Assembly (NCBI GenBank): GCA_905178155.1
Contig: CAJINV010000004.1
Span: 6,488,828-6,552,827, forward strand
Source: Amoebophrya sp. A120
Taxonomy: Eukaryota; Protista; Dinoflagellata
Length of the DNA: 64,000 nucleotides
Reading direction: 5' to 3'
The notes beneath the pieces were generated by a model, which made no database searches, was not told the DNA's origin, and saw only the letters and a program-made list of their open reading frames with translations. Shown here in pieces: positions 1-9,690 of the stretch (positions are counted from its first letter, which is position 1; every line of letters begins with the position of its first letter). The position numbers and the translations under genes were made by a program.

Positions 1-157
1 TTCTCATTGGTCACACTGCTCGTCATTCAAAGCTACAGTTGTGATTTGTACAACCGATTAGATGCAGTTTCAGAACTCAACCAGGGATGATGTAGTTCTT
101 ACCGGTTTTATTTGCCGTACAAAACTAACAATGATAAATGTAAATCCCATACCAAAG

Positions 158-819
158 GTCAACTGAGCTTCATGTTCCTCGTGGCGCAGTACATGCGAAG
201 TCAGTTGTTGAACCTGGGTTTAAAGCCGTACACGGGGATATGGAAGCGTCAGGATGGAAATCGTCAAAGTTGAAATAACTTGTAATGCATAAAATCGATA
301 CCAGTTGAAAGCCCAATTTCTAAGCGGTGCGTGACAAATTTTCAGAGCACCGGAATCCAATTTGCCATGCTGTTTGGGCACAGGCGACTGCTTTTGTCAT
401 GCTACTTTAGCAGCTCTATTTCAAACCCTAAACAGGCTGACAGTCGGCCTCACTTGCCAGCCCGGCAAGACAGGCATTTCATGCCTTGCATTTTATGCAT
501 GACAAATCATTTCAACTTTGTCGATTTTAAACCTGACGCGTCCATAGGGGATGCTGATCAAATACCGGTGCGACCGGGCCGTGGAACATTACCCGGAGTA
601 TCCTGTGCAAAAGTATCGTACTCGAACTAATTGCAAATATGTATAACAAATATCCCTTTTTAGGTGAATCAGCATTACAAAATCCATTTTTCCTTTTGAG
701 AAAATTTGTGATGCAATTCATACTAATACGATACTTTCGCAATGCATACGGAGTTTTCCGCGACAATTTTGACCGATTACGCAACCACGATCTCATGGGA
801 AGGACGACGGAGGAATTAA
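158..819 (+). CDS. 3' part of uncharacterised membrane protein (paralog of 6087-8081); 5' end upstream of window
   Basis: Exons 158-238, 552-598, 754-819 after removing two introners give GQLSFMFLVAQYMRSQLLNLGLKPYTGMLIKYRCDRAVEHYPEFSATILTDYATTISWEGRRRN*, colinear with the paralog's last exon; AG acceptor at 156-157 is at the same position as the paralog's canonical intron. Confidence 0.85.
239..546. mobile_element. Introner family A (non-canonical TIR intron)
   Basis: TIR tatggaagcgtcagg/cctgacgcgtccata; TSD gggga/gggga; empty site in paralog at 7895-7899. Confidence 0.93.
599..748. mobile_element. Introner family B
   Basis: TIR tat..tgcaaaagtatcgta/tacgatactttcgca..ata; TSD cggag/cggag; absent from paralog (~7942). 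Confidence 0.92.
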
Positions 820-1547
820 GCGAAGGATGGGCGGGTTTTGAATTCGATTTCGATGTAAGATTGGTAATACTTACCCCGGCGATTTTTAGAAATAAGTACC
901 ACCTGTATGATGATGTAGAAGAGTTCAGGATGGAAAATTCGTTTTCTAGATGAACACGAAAATGTTGTACCACGAGAAATAAACCAGGACTAGTTGCATT
1001 CGAACTTGTGTGTGTAAAAATGCAAACGCTCGCTATGAATTACTTATGTGATGAAGCAGGGCGAAGACGTAGACGCCTCTCCACTACCTCCTTTTTGCGC
1101 AATAAGAGAGTGCTGTGCTGTTTTTTTCGTGTCACGAAAAATTTTTGCAGGGCAAATGCAAGCAAAAACGTCTTAGGGAGAACCAGTATTATCGTCGGGA
1201 CAGCCAAAATGATCGTAGGGAGAACCGGAATTAGTTTCGTTTGCGTCGTAGGGAGGAAAAAAAAGTGTCGTCTGCTGAGCGTACAGATCAAAAGTTTCTC
1301 GTTCGTGATCCGGTACTAGTGGGTGAGTTGGCCGCTTTTCGTTGCAATCGCTTCGTCTTCGCTGCCTCTGGTTGATAGAATTTCATCGGGATATCTCGTT
1401 GTGAAGCTGTGATAAAATAGGTGCAACCACTTCATTGCGTACACAATTCGTTTTTTTGCGAAAGGCAGTATCAAAATAGTACAAAGTCTTCGAGTTGAGT
1501 ATATTTATCCACTGCAAGAAACTTGCGAAAAACAGTACCAGCAAATC

Positions 1548-4169
1548 ATGGCAAACGCCAGTGACGAGTCCTCCCCCTTCCGAAACCTGGTGCGTCTCCG
1601 CGGGACGAGGAAGGCTCCGATAATTATGGTCCGAGAGGAGGACTTTGAGGAGTTTCAAGCGCACAAGGACTTTAAGTCCGCGCTCGCGGCCTTCCTCGCG
1701 AAGGAAGCCCGGATCCGCACCGAGAACCGCAAAAAACGGGCCGAACTGAAACTGCAGGCGCGGCAACGCCGAGCCCAGGAGCGAGCGCAGCATCGTGAAG
1801 CGCGGCGACAAAGGCAGGCGGCAGCGGGCGAGCAGCCCGAGGAACGGGAGGACGAGAGTTCCTCTTCTTCAGAAAGTTTCTTATCCGACCCAGATAAACA
1901 CTTCGACGAACACATCGCGGTTGTGCGCGCGGAAGACGAACTAGTGGTCATTCCGCCCGTGGCGCCCTCCGACGAGAACGCGATGGCGGAGCGGTTGAAG
2001 GAAGCTGCGCAGGGCGTTTCCTCTACTGGGGAGAGCAGTGGTGCACTAGCAGACCAAGACGTACCGGTTATCTCTACCACGTCCGGTAGTTCCGAAGGCG
2101 AAAATGGTGAGCACTACTGCGAAGATAGCCAGGAATGGAGCGGGGGTTCTGCGGGAGAGAAGAAGTCCGACAACCTGAAAAAATGGGAGACTTTTCTCGA
2201 ACAATGCGAAAAAGCGGGGATGGACAAAGTGCCAGAAATGGCAAGCAGAATGCTGCGGGAGCAACACGACCATCATGAAACCAGACACAGAGCACTGTTC
2301 CGGATTGAAAGTATCTTTCAAGGCTACACGAGGAACGCTTCCGACTCAGATAGACACCGGTCGATCGCCATCGCCAAGGCGACGTTGAATGCCGTCCCCG
2401 AGGCGCCGCAGCAAAAGGGCGGGACTTCTAGTGGATTTACCACAACAGGTGGGCTGGTGGAGGACAGCTGGAATATCATGGACGAAGAGCTGCGCTTGCT
2501 ATCGCCAACTCGTGTGGACTTCGAAATTCTCTCCATGAGCGGTGAGGTCATCGCTCGCGGCGCAGCGCCGTGCTGCAATTTACGGCTGACACGCAACAAG
2601 CGCGATTTTTGCGAACTTCGCCCCGAACACATTTTCCGCAGCCTGGTGCAGAAACTCTACGCCGTCTCCGTTCTCCGCTACAGCTTGAGTTTTCAAGCCC
2701 CGCATGCACTGGCAAAATACGCCGTCGATGTCGGGAAACGTCTGGAAGCGGCGCTGAAACTCCCCAAAGGCACGTTTGACGAGACGGCGCTTGTGCACGA
2801 CGGAGAGGTGGGATCGGGTCCAACGGATCATGTTCCGTTTTGGACACCGGAGCGCCTCAAAGCACAAGAGGAATACATCGAGCGAGACGATTGCAGGATG
2901 CTCCTCGTGTTCAAGAAGCAGCACTGGATCTACAAGTCTCAAACGGATGAGAGCGGGGGGGACTGCGGTGAGTGGAAACGAGTCTCCTTCGGCGTGCAGG
3001 TTAGCGTGTGGCAGGGGCGGGTCATCGCTCGCGGCTTGATTACCCGCAGAAAGTCGGACGGGGCGATCATTTTGCCAACGACGTGGCGAAACCACACGGA
3101 GTTTTATTGCTTCGAAAACATGACGTTGTTCGACGACGATGACTACTATGAGGCGCCGGAAGCTGGCGGCGACGAGAGTGCGTTTTGCAGCGAATTCCAC
3201 GTGCTGCCGTCGCGCACATACGAAAGGAATAAATGTGGCCGCACAGCCGAGACCACCTGGTGCGACTCCGCCGCAGAGTGCGCGGAGCAAGAAGGGGCAA
3301 ACCGTGTTGGGATTTACGTGGAGAAAGAGGCGCAGCTGCGCGCAAAGGCGGGCAGTTCGGCCGGCTCCGCAACAAATGCGGAGGCGGCAAAGAACTGGGC
3401 GAGCCAGAGTAAAGTCTATCCGAGCGTCGTCATCCACGAGAACGTTGGCCTGGATGAAGGGGACTACGGGGACTACAGAGTTACCGTTCCGCACAAGAAG
3501 ACGTTCTTCCAGTGCGACTCGGACGAAAACGCGCAAGCGGTGTTTGACGATCTCAAAAGATTTGTCGACTTCATCCAGGGGGCCAGCAAGGAGAAAATTG
3601 CCGCGAAGCACTTTTCGCTTCGCAGCGTCGTGAAGGCCATACCGTGGTTTGACCAGAAGCCAGCGATTTCATCCGGTCCGGTGGGAAACTGGGAACGCGA
3701 CGTTATGGGACTTGACCAGATACGGAGCCACTACCCAATGCGAGATCGGATGCGTCGTGACGAGCCGGCGGCTGCATTGTCAGACGGCGTGTTTGCCATC
3801 TCGAAGGCGTCCGGTGGGGAATTGAATCCGGACCTGGAAAAACCGTCCTTCGGCAAGGCCACGTGGGCCGACCTGGTGCGCGCCGTCTCGCAGCATCGTG
3901 GCGTCGACGGGGAAACGAAGTTCGGCGAGCCGATCATGATCCACTGGGGACCTAAAGCAGTAGTGTCGGATGAACCTGCGGACGCGGAGGAAGATGCGTC
4001 GGATGAAGAGGACGACCGGTCTGACGGTGGCGAGTCGTTGCTATCGTACGGTAACGAAACGCCGCCCTCCGCCCGGGGAAGAGCGAGGCGAGCTAATGAT
4101 AACGTCAGGGCGGCGGGAGAACATATGGGCGACGCAGACTGGCTAGTAGGGTTACTTGGGCCTGGCTAG
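1548..4169 (+). CDS. Intronless hypothetical protein, 873 aa
   Basis: Long uninterrupted ORF with ATG, charged coiled-coil-like N-terminus and acidic tail; no family recognised. Confidence 0.7.
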   Translation: MANASDESSPFRNLVRLRGTRKAPIIMVREEDFEEFQAHKDFKSALAAFLAKEARIRTENRKKRAELKLQARQRRAQERAQHREARRQRQAAAGEQPEEREDESSSSSESFLSDPDKHFDEHIAVVRAEDELVVIPPVAPSDENAMAERLKEAAQGVSSTGESSGALADQDVPVISTTSGSSEGENGEHYCEDSQEWSGGSAGEKKSDNLKKWETFLEQCEKAGMDKVPEMASRMLREQHDHHETRHRALFRIESIFQGYTRNASDSDRHRSIAIAKATLNAVPEAPQQKGGTSSGFTTTGGLVEDSWNIMDEELRLLSPTRVDFEILSMSGEVIARGAAPCCNLRLTRNKRDFCELRPEHIFRSLVQKLYAVSVLRYSLSFQAPHALAKYAVDVGKRLEAALKLPKGTFDETALVHDGEVGSGPTDHVPFWTPERLKAQEEYIERDDCRMLLVFKKQHWIYKSQTDESGGDCGEWKRVSFGVQVSVWQGRVIARGLITRRKSDGAIILPTTWRNHTEFYCFENMTLFDDDDYYEAPEAGGDESAFCSEFHVLPSRTYERNKCGRTAETTWCDSAAECAEQEGANRVGIYVEKEAQLRAKAGSSAGSATNAEAAKNWASQSKVYPSVVIHENVGLDEGDYGDYRVTVPHKKTFFQCDSDENAQAVFDDLKRFVDFIQGASKEKIAAKHFSLRSVVKAIPWFDQKPAISSGPVGNWERDVMGLDQIRSHYPMRDRMRRDEPAAALSDGVFAISKASGGELNPDLEKPSFGKATWADLVRAVSQHRGVDGETKFGEPIMIHWGPKAVVSDEPADAEEDASDEEDDRSDGGESLLSYGNETPPSARGRARRANDNVRAAGEHMGDADWLVGLLGPG

Positions 4170-4689
4170 CAGGGTTACTTGGGTAGAGCGGTTCACTTTT
4201 GAGTACTGATGAAAAAGGGGTCTTCGGCTCGGCGGCGAGACTTTCCAGTAAGTAGGTCCCTTTACAGCTGTTCGAGCATGTATGATTTTTGTTTGAAAAT
4301 TATTCATCTTCTTTTGTGATCATTATTTGAGAGAAAAATAGTAGCAATGTAAGACCAACCGCCGCAATTTGACTTTTGTGTTTATATCGTTAATCTTTAT
4401 CTTGTTACGTTCTTCCCCAGAAGACTATGTGTGTCTAGAGTTTGGGTGCGATTCTCCGGTAAAAGTTTTAGAATTAGGTTCGCAGAATATATATACGTCG
4501 GATAAGAATAAATCAGAAGGAAAACCATTCGCATGACAGCAGAGTATGGTGAATCAGGTCCAGGAAGTTTTTGGGATCACGTCTGAGGATATTGAAATAT
4601 GACGCTCGGAAATCGGTTCGGGCTGAATCAATACCACGACGTGAAAGCTTGTTTATGAATCTCAGCACTCAAGCGAATCTTTGAAGCAC

Positions 4690-5110
4690 TAAAGCGACGC
4701 ACAAAGGACGGCGAAGTTAAGCGACGAACGACTTGAGTGGCGCACGACATAAGCGAAGCACGACTTAAGCGGCCCACGAGCACGACTTAACGGGGGCGCT
4801 GCTTGAGCAACGCACTACTTAAGCGACGCACGACTTAGGCGGCGCACGACTTAAGCGACGCACTACTTAAGCGACGCACTACTTAGGCGGCGCACTACTT
4901 AGGCGGCGCACTACTTAAGCGCCGCACGACTATACTCAACGCACGACTTAGGCGTCTCATGACTAAAGCGCCGCACTACTTTAGCGCCACACGACTCAAG
5001 CGGCGCACGAGTTATACGACGCATGACTCGAGCCAAGTACGATTGAAGCGCCGCACGACTTATGTGAGGCACGACTTGCGGAAAGCACTTACGTGAGGCA
5101 TTTAGGCAAA
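4690..5110. repeat. 16-bp minisatellite (aagcgacgcacgactt)n, ~25 degenerate units
   Basis: Units at 4821-4836, 4837-4852, 4853-4868 etc. Confidence 0.9.
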
Positions 5111-5214
5111 GTACTTAGGCGAAGTGCTTCGGAGGTGAAGCACTCGGGCGAAGCACCTCGTCCTGGATGCCTCTTCTGGAAATACTAGGCGGCTTCGGGG
5201 GGATCCGGCCCCGC

Positions 5215-5515
5215 GGGGGGCGAGTCGCGAGCGGCGGTTGTGCCGCTGTACAAGGCGGATTAGTGGGACCCGGCCTCGCGAGGGGGCGAGGCGCGAGCGG
5301 CGGTTGTGCCGCTGTACAAGGCGGATTAGCGGGACCCGGCCTCGCGGGGGGCGAGGCGCGAGCGGCGGTTGTGCCGCTGTACAAGGCGGATTAGCGGGAC
5401 CCGGCCTCGCNNNNNNNNNNNNNNNNNNNNNNNNNNNNNNNNNNNNNNNNNNNNNNNNGGGGGGGGGGGGGGCGAGGCGCGAGCGGCGGTTGTGCCGCTG
5501 TACAAGGCGGATTCG
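5215..5515. repeat. ~65-bp GC-rich tandem repeat spanning an assembly gap (N 5411-5458)
   Basis: gcggcggttgtgccgctgtacaaggcggatt recurs at ~5231, 5297, 5362 and after the gap. Confidence 0.9.
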
Positions 5516-6086
5516 GGGGACCTCGACGTGCGGGGAACTCGGCGTAGGGAACTCGGCGTGCGGAGGCAGCGAATTACTTAGACAGCTGTTCGCGGATTGC
5601 AAGTTCCGTTGCAAGCTTGTATTCGCATATCCAAGCACTTTTCTGCTCTCGGTTTTGAATTGAAGAAGCCCAGAACTGCTGTATCGGTTCTCGCCCAATG
5701 AATTTAAACCTCTCTGCTCTGTGAGCGCAAGCAGCTTCGGTTCTTTCTTTCCTCACGGAAAACGCCGCGCGGTTGTTTGTTGCCGATGTGCAGATTTTTT
5801 TCGGTTTGGTTTTCTGATTCGGTTGAATAACGAAACGCTGAGCCCAGGAGAACGCCACTCTTTCCGCTGATTTGCCGATGATTGATGCGTCATTCGTACT
5901 TCACTATGCATTTCTTGTGCACAGGGCAACATGGGAGTCCCTGTGAAGAAAAAATAAAATTAAGAAGCAACTACGATATTTATAAAAACTTTTGTTAGCC
6001 ACAAAGGAAAATTATTACCCGATTACCACTACCTTCATTTTCCCTAAAGTGGTCGCAATTTTTGTGCTTTCTGAAGCAACGCAGCC

Positions 6087-8081
6087 ATGCAGTCCCTGTT
6101 TCGAAATTTTACTTCGCGCGCTCCGCGATTAGAACACTCAAAGGCACTACTTCCCCGCACTTACCCCTCAATAGATTCAGCTTTTTCTTCCAAATCTTCC
6201 CCTGCACCATTGAATAGCAATTTTGTTTTCGCCGGCTCCGCACCGCAACAGCTTGTCGCAGCGACGTTCAGGTCTCAGCTGCGGTCGGTAACAACTACAG
6301 CCAATAGCGCCGTGCAGACACCGCCGCAGAACGGAGCCGCGCGCTCTCCTTCGCTCTGCCACAGGCCACCGCGACCTCGATGGTGTGAGTTTTCTAATTA
6401 CGCTGGCGCTTTTGGGGATCAATCCCTGATCATAAAGCAGCAGCAACACCCGTTCTACCGCAGTTTATTACGATCCGCATCACAACAACAGCTCCGGCAG
6501 TTCTCGAATTTTGCCAATGAGCAGCGGGACCACAACGCAATAAATTCTCCAGATCATCATGATAAAAAAGAGCTACAGCATGCCCGACCTAGTAAGAAAC
6601 AGCCGTTCCGCAAGCAGACGCGGCTCGGCGGCAAATTCCCGACCTTCGAGGAGGCGCAGCAGATGCCCCGGGATTGGCACGAGCTCGATAACGTGACCCT
6701 GTGGGTGCATTGCGGCCCGAAAGGCATCCACGACGCGAACGAAGAGCGCATGATCCGGGAGATTATGCGTGTGGACTGCATTGACTACTCCGAGGCGGTG
6801 CGGCGGCTGCTGGAGATGCAGGAGCACATTATCGGGGGGAAAACCATTTATCTATCAAAAGGAAAAATCCCCCCTCCCCATATCAAAACGAAATTTCTGA
6901 TGCTGGATTTGGGTACACAAATCAGCTTTGTATTGCAGGAAAGCATTGCGGTCAGATCCCCAGGCTAGGGAGGGGCGTATGCGTCTAGTTTTTCAGCATG
7001 GCAAGCGGCTCCGCTTTAGGCCCAGCAGCATGACAAATCGCTTCCACAATGGGGGGGAAGCTTCTGCCCTTGTCTTCTTGCAAAACAAATGTCATTTGTG
7101 ACCTCAAATCAGCAACAGAAATTTTCGGAAGCATGCCTTTTCAATATGGGGGGGGAGATTTTTCCTCTCAATATTATCGCCACTTGGGGCTGCTCCCGTA
7201 CAAGGGGGGGATGCTGTTGGCGGGCATGTTTGGCTTCAGCACGGTGCCGCTCATTTTCCACAAGGAAACGTATCATTTGTAAAACCGTCCCCACCTCCCC
7301 AGAGTTGTAATGCAAATCTGCATGCTGAAAATGTTTGTCGTGCGGAGTCCTATGGGAAGCAGTTTCTATTGGTGTTTCGCGATTTGTGATGCTCAGATCC
7401 GCATGGTATGCTAGATCTGTGATGCTGCTTGACTAGCTAAACACGACTACATTGCGAGCCCGAATTTCTCATGCGCAACTGCCAAAGCTGGTTGATTTGT
7501 GTAGCAGATTTGTCGTCTTGACTCTGGGGTGGGGACGTTTTTGCTCACCATAAAGCGGTGTTGTGGTTCAACGAGGTCTATGTCACGGCCGACGTTCCAG
7601 AGCCGAAGGATTTGGAGACCTGGCTGGAAGTCGGGAGCTTTGCGTGGCAGTGGATGGAACCGTTGATAGGTGAGATTTTTGTTTTCGAATGCAGATTCAG
7701 TTTGGAAGAACGCGAGTCATCAATTATATTTCAGAGAGTTCAACATCATCATCTTTCGAAACAGCTTGTTTCGAAAACCACAATCTGACCTATTCATGCC
7801 AAACAACTACTCACCCAGGCCAGCTCTCCTTCCTGATCCTTGTCGCCCAGTATATGCGAAATCAGTTGCTGAACCTGGGTCTCAAGCCGTACACGGGGAT
7901 GCTGATTAACTACCGGTGTTCGCGCGCCCGGGAGCGGTATCCCGAATATTCAGAGACCATTCTAACGGACTACGCCACAACGATCTCCTGGGAAGGACGC
8001 CGGCGCCCACACGACGTGCCGGGGAAGCAAATGGCCCGGCGACGGTCCGTGCGGCACTCTGCGGATGTCCGGCAGCATTGA
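6087..8081 (+). CDS. Uncharacterised membrane protein with long Ser/Arg-rich, possibly mitochondrial-targeting N-terminus
   Basis: Exons 6087-6852, 7179-7270, 7558-7669, 7819-8081; two introners plus one GT-AG intron (7670-7818); spliced ...GGKTIYRHLGLLPYKGGMLLAGMFGFSTVPLIFHKETVLWFNEVYVTADVPEPKDLETWLEVGSFAWQWMEPLIGQLSFL... Confidence 0.85.
6853..7173. mobile_element. Introner family D
   Basis: TIR tatcaaaaggaaaaatccccc..catat/atatggggg..gatttttcctctcaata; TSD ttatc/ttatc. Confidence 0.9.
7271..7552. mobile_element. Introner family J
   Basis: TIR tat..taaaaccgtccccacc/ggtggggacgttttt..ata; TSD aaacg/aagcg. Confidence 0.88.
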
Positions 8082-8545
8082 CGAGGCGAGAATAATTTTC
8101 CTTGAGAAGCTTTACGTGATAAGTGCAGTGGCACTTTTTCATCATGATGCGCAATTATTCCTAGAAAAGAGTGCGATGCTGAAAAGAAATCAGATTTTCC
8201 AACTGTTTCTGTTTATTCCCACACGCGTTTCAGACCCATCGGATTCGCCATTAAGTCCTTTGACGCAACAAGGCGAAATCATTTTCTAAACGTTGCAAGC
8301 AGGTTGACGAACTTTCTCTTCCCGCGCAAAACCATTGCCACAGTGTTCACAGTAGCTGTTTGCCGTGCCTGCGATGTGATTGAGTCGTGCGACGTTCAAG
8401 GACGATCTGTGATCGCGAGTGTCTGTTGCTGTCGAGTGATCATGTTGAGAGGGCAAGATAAATTACTTACTTCCTTCTATCTGGGCTTACTAGAATGAGA
8501 ATTCCGCCAAATAAGCTACAGCGTTAGCCAAGAGACGCATAAAGA

Positions 8546-8660
8546 ATGTCGGCACCTGCTTTCCTCCGGGCGTCGTCGCGGTCCGCGCCCCAGGAAGGTG
8601 GAGCATTAATATTCTCTACTTCCGGAGCATCGCCGTTCCAACTCGGTGAACGGAAAGGCG
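8546..8660 (+). pseudogene. Truncated duplicate of the 5' end of the LRR gene (9691), lacking the family A introner
   Basis: MSA...PQEG...STSGASPFQLGE matches MSA...PQEGAFCTSGASPFQLGE; similarity is lost downstream. Confidence 0.65.
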
Positions 8661-9690
8661 CTGACAGAGGGGGACTCCGCGACGGGGGAGACCAAAGCGC
8701 TCCTCTGGGACGTCAACGCTTGCGCATTGCGCGCCGAAGTGCCTGTTCTGAAGGGACCCTCGACCGATGAAGAGGCCAAGGTCCTCAGCAGCCGGGTTTG
8801 CGGGATGTCAGCCACGTTGATGCGGCCACTTTCCTCGCCGCTGCAGGTTTTTTTACCTCCGCGCCTGCAGAACGTGCTCCACTCTGCCGCCCCACTGGCA
8901 CAGGAGCTGGCGGGAAGGTTCTCGGAAGCGAGCGCGTGGAAGGCCACGCCGCCGATTAACGTCGCTGCTGTCCTGGGTAACATGGGGCGCGATGGTATGG
9001 CGCGCCAAAGTTTTTGGAGTTGCGCGCGACCGCCCCCGCGCAGCCCGACCGAGCCCCGACCCGCCCCTTGAGGGGGCGCCCTTGATCCGTCCCACTCTTT
9101 GCAGCGCCCTGGGGCTAATATTCCTCTCTGGCTCAAGAAGAAGGCTGTGAGCAGGAAAAAGAGTGGAACGGGGTCGCGGCCGTTGGGCCGCAGCCCCGTT
9201 TTCGCGCGCGGCCGCCGATATGCGCGTCGTCGCGGTTTTTGCTTCGCAAAACGCAGAACGCAGCGATTGATTACCGTATCGCCCGACCGGGCGCGGAATT
9301 CATACAAGACAGAGTGATGAAGCGACGAAGAATCATGCGGAGCGTTGTAAAGTCAAAAGGGAAAGCTTAGAGGCGGCCAGATGATAGGGCTCCAAGAGGG
9401 GCTCGTAGCTACAGCTCCGGCGTCCACCGGGCGCTGTTTTATTTGTCTTTTTAGTCAGTACCGAAGAAGCTTGTGCTAGATTGTCTTTCTAGCCAGTAGC
9501 GAGAGTCCATCGAGCAGCTGTGTGTTGAGGTCTGTGTCTGAGTGTCTCTCAAGTGGTGCCCACGCTATCAATTATCAAATCTTCCTAAATTATGCGTCCG
9601 CACGTCTAGTATGCGGCAGACCTGTGAAAAACAAGTTTCTATTGCTCTTCTACTCGGACGCGTCGGAGGAAGGTCAAAAGTAAGTATACC

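Noticed and set aside
239-546. Tc1/mariner-type TA target duplication
   Set aside because: The paralogous empty site lacks TA; the duplicated sequence is the outer 5-mer
2580-3611. 343-aa minus-strand ORF
   Set aside because: Antisense shadow of the 873-aa + strand ORF
5102-5698. ORFs across the 65-bp repeat and N gap
   Set aside because: Repeat-derived and spanning unknown bases
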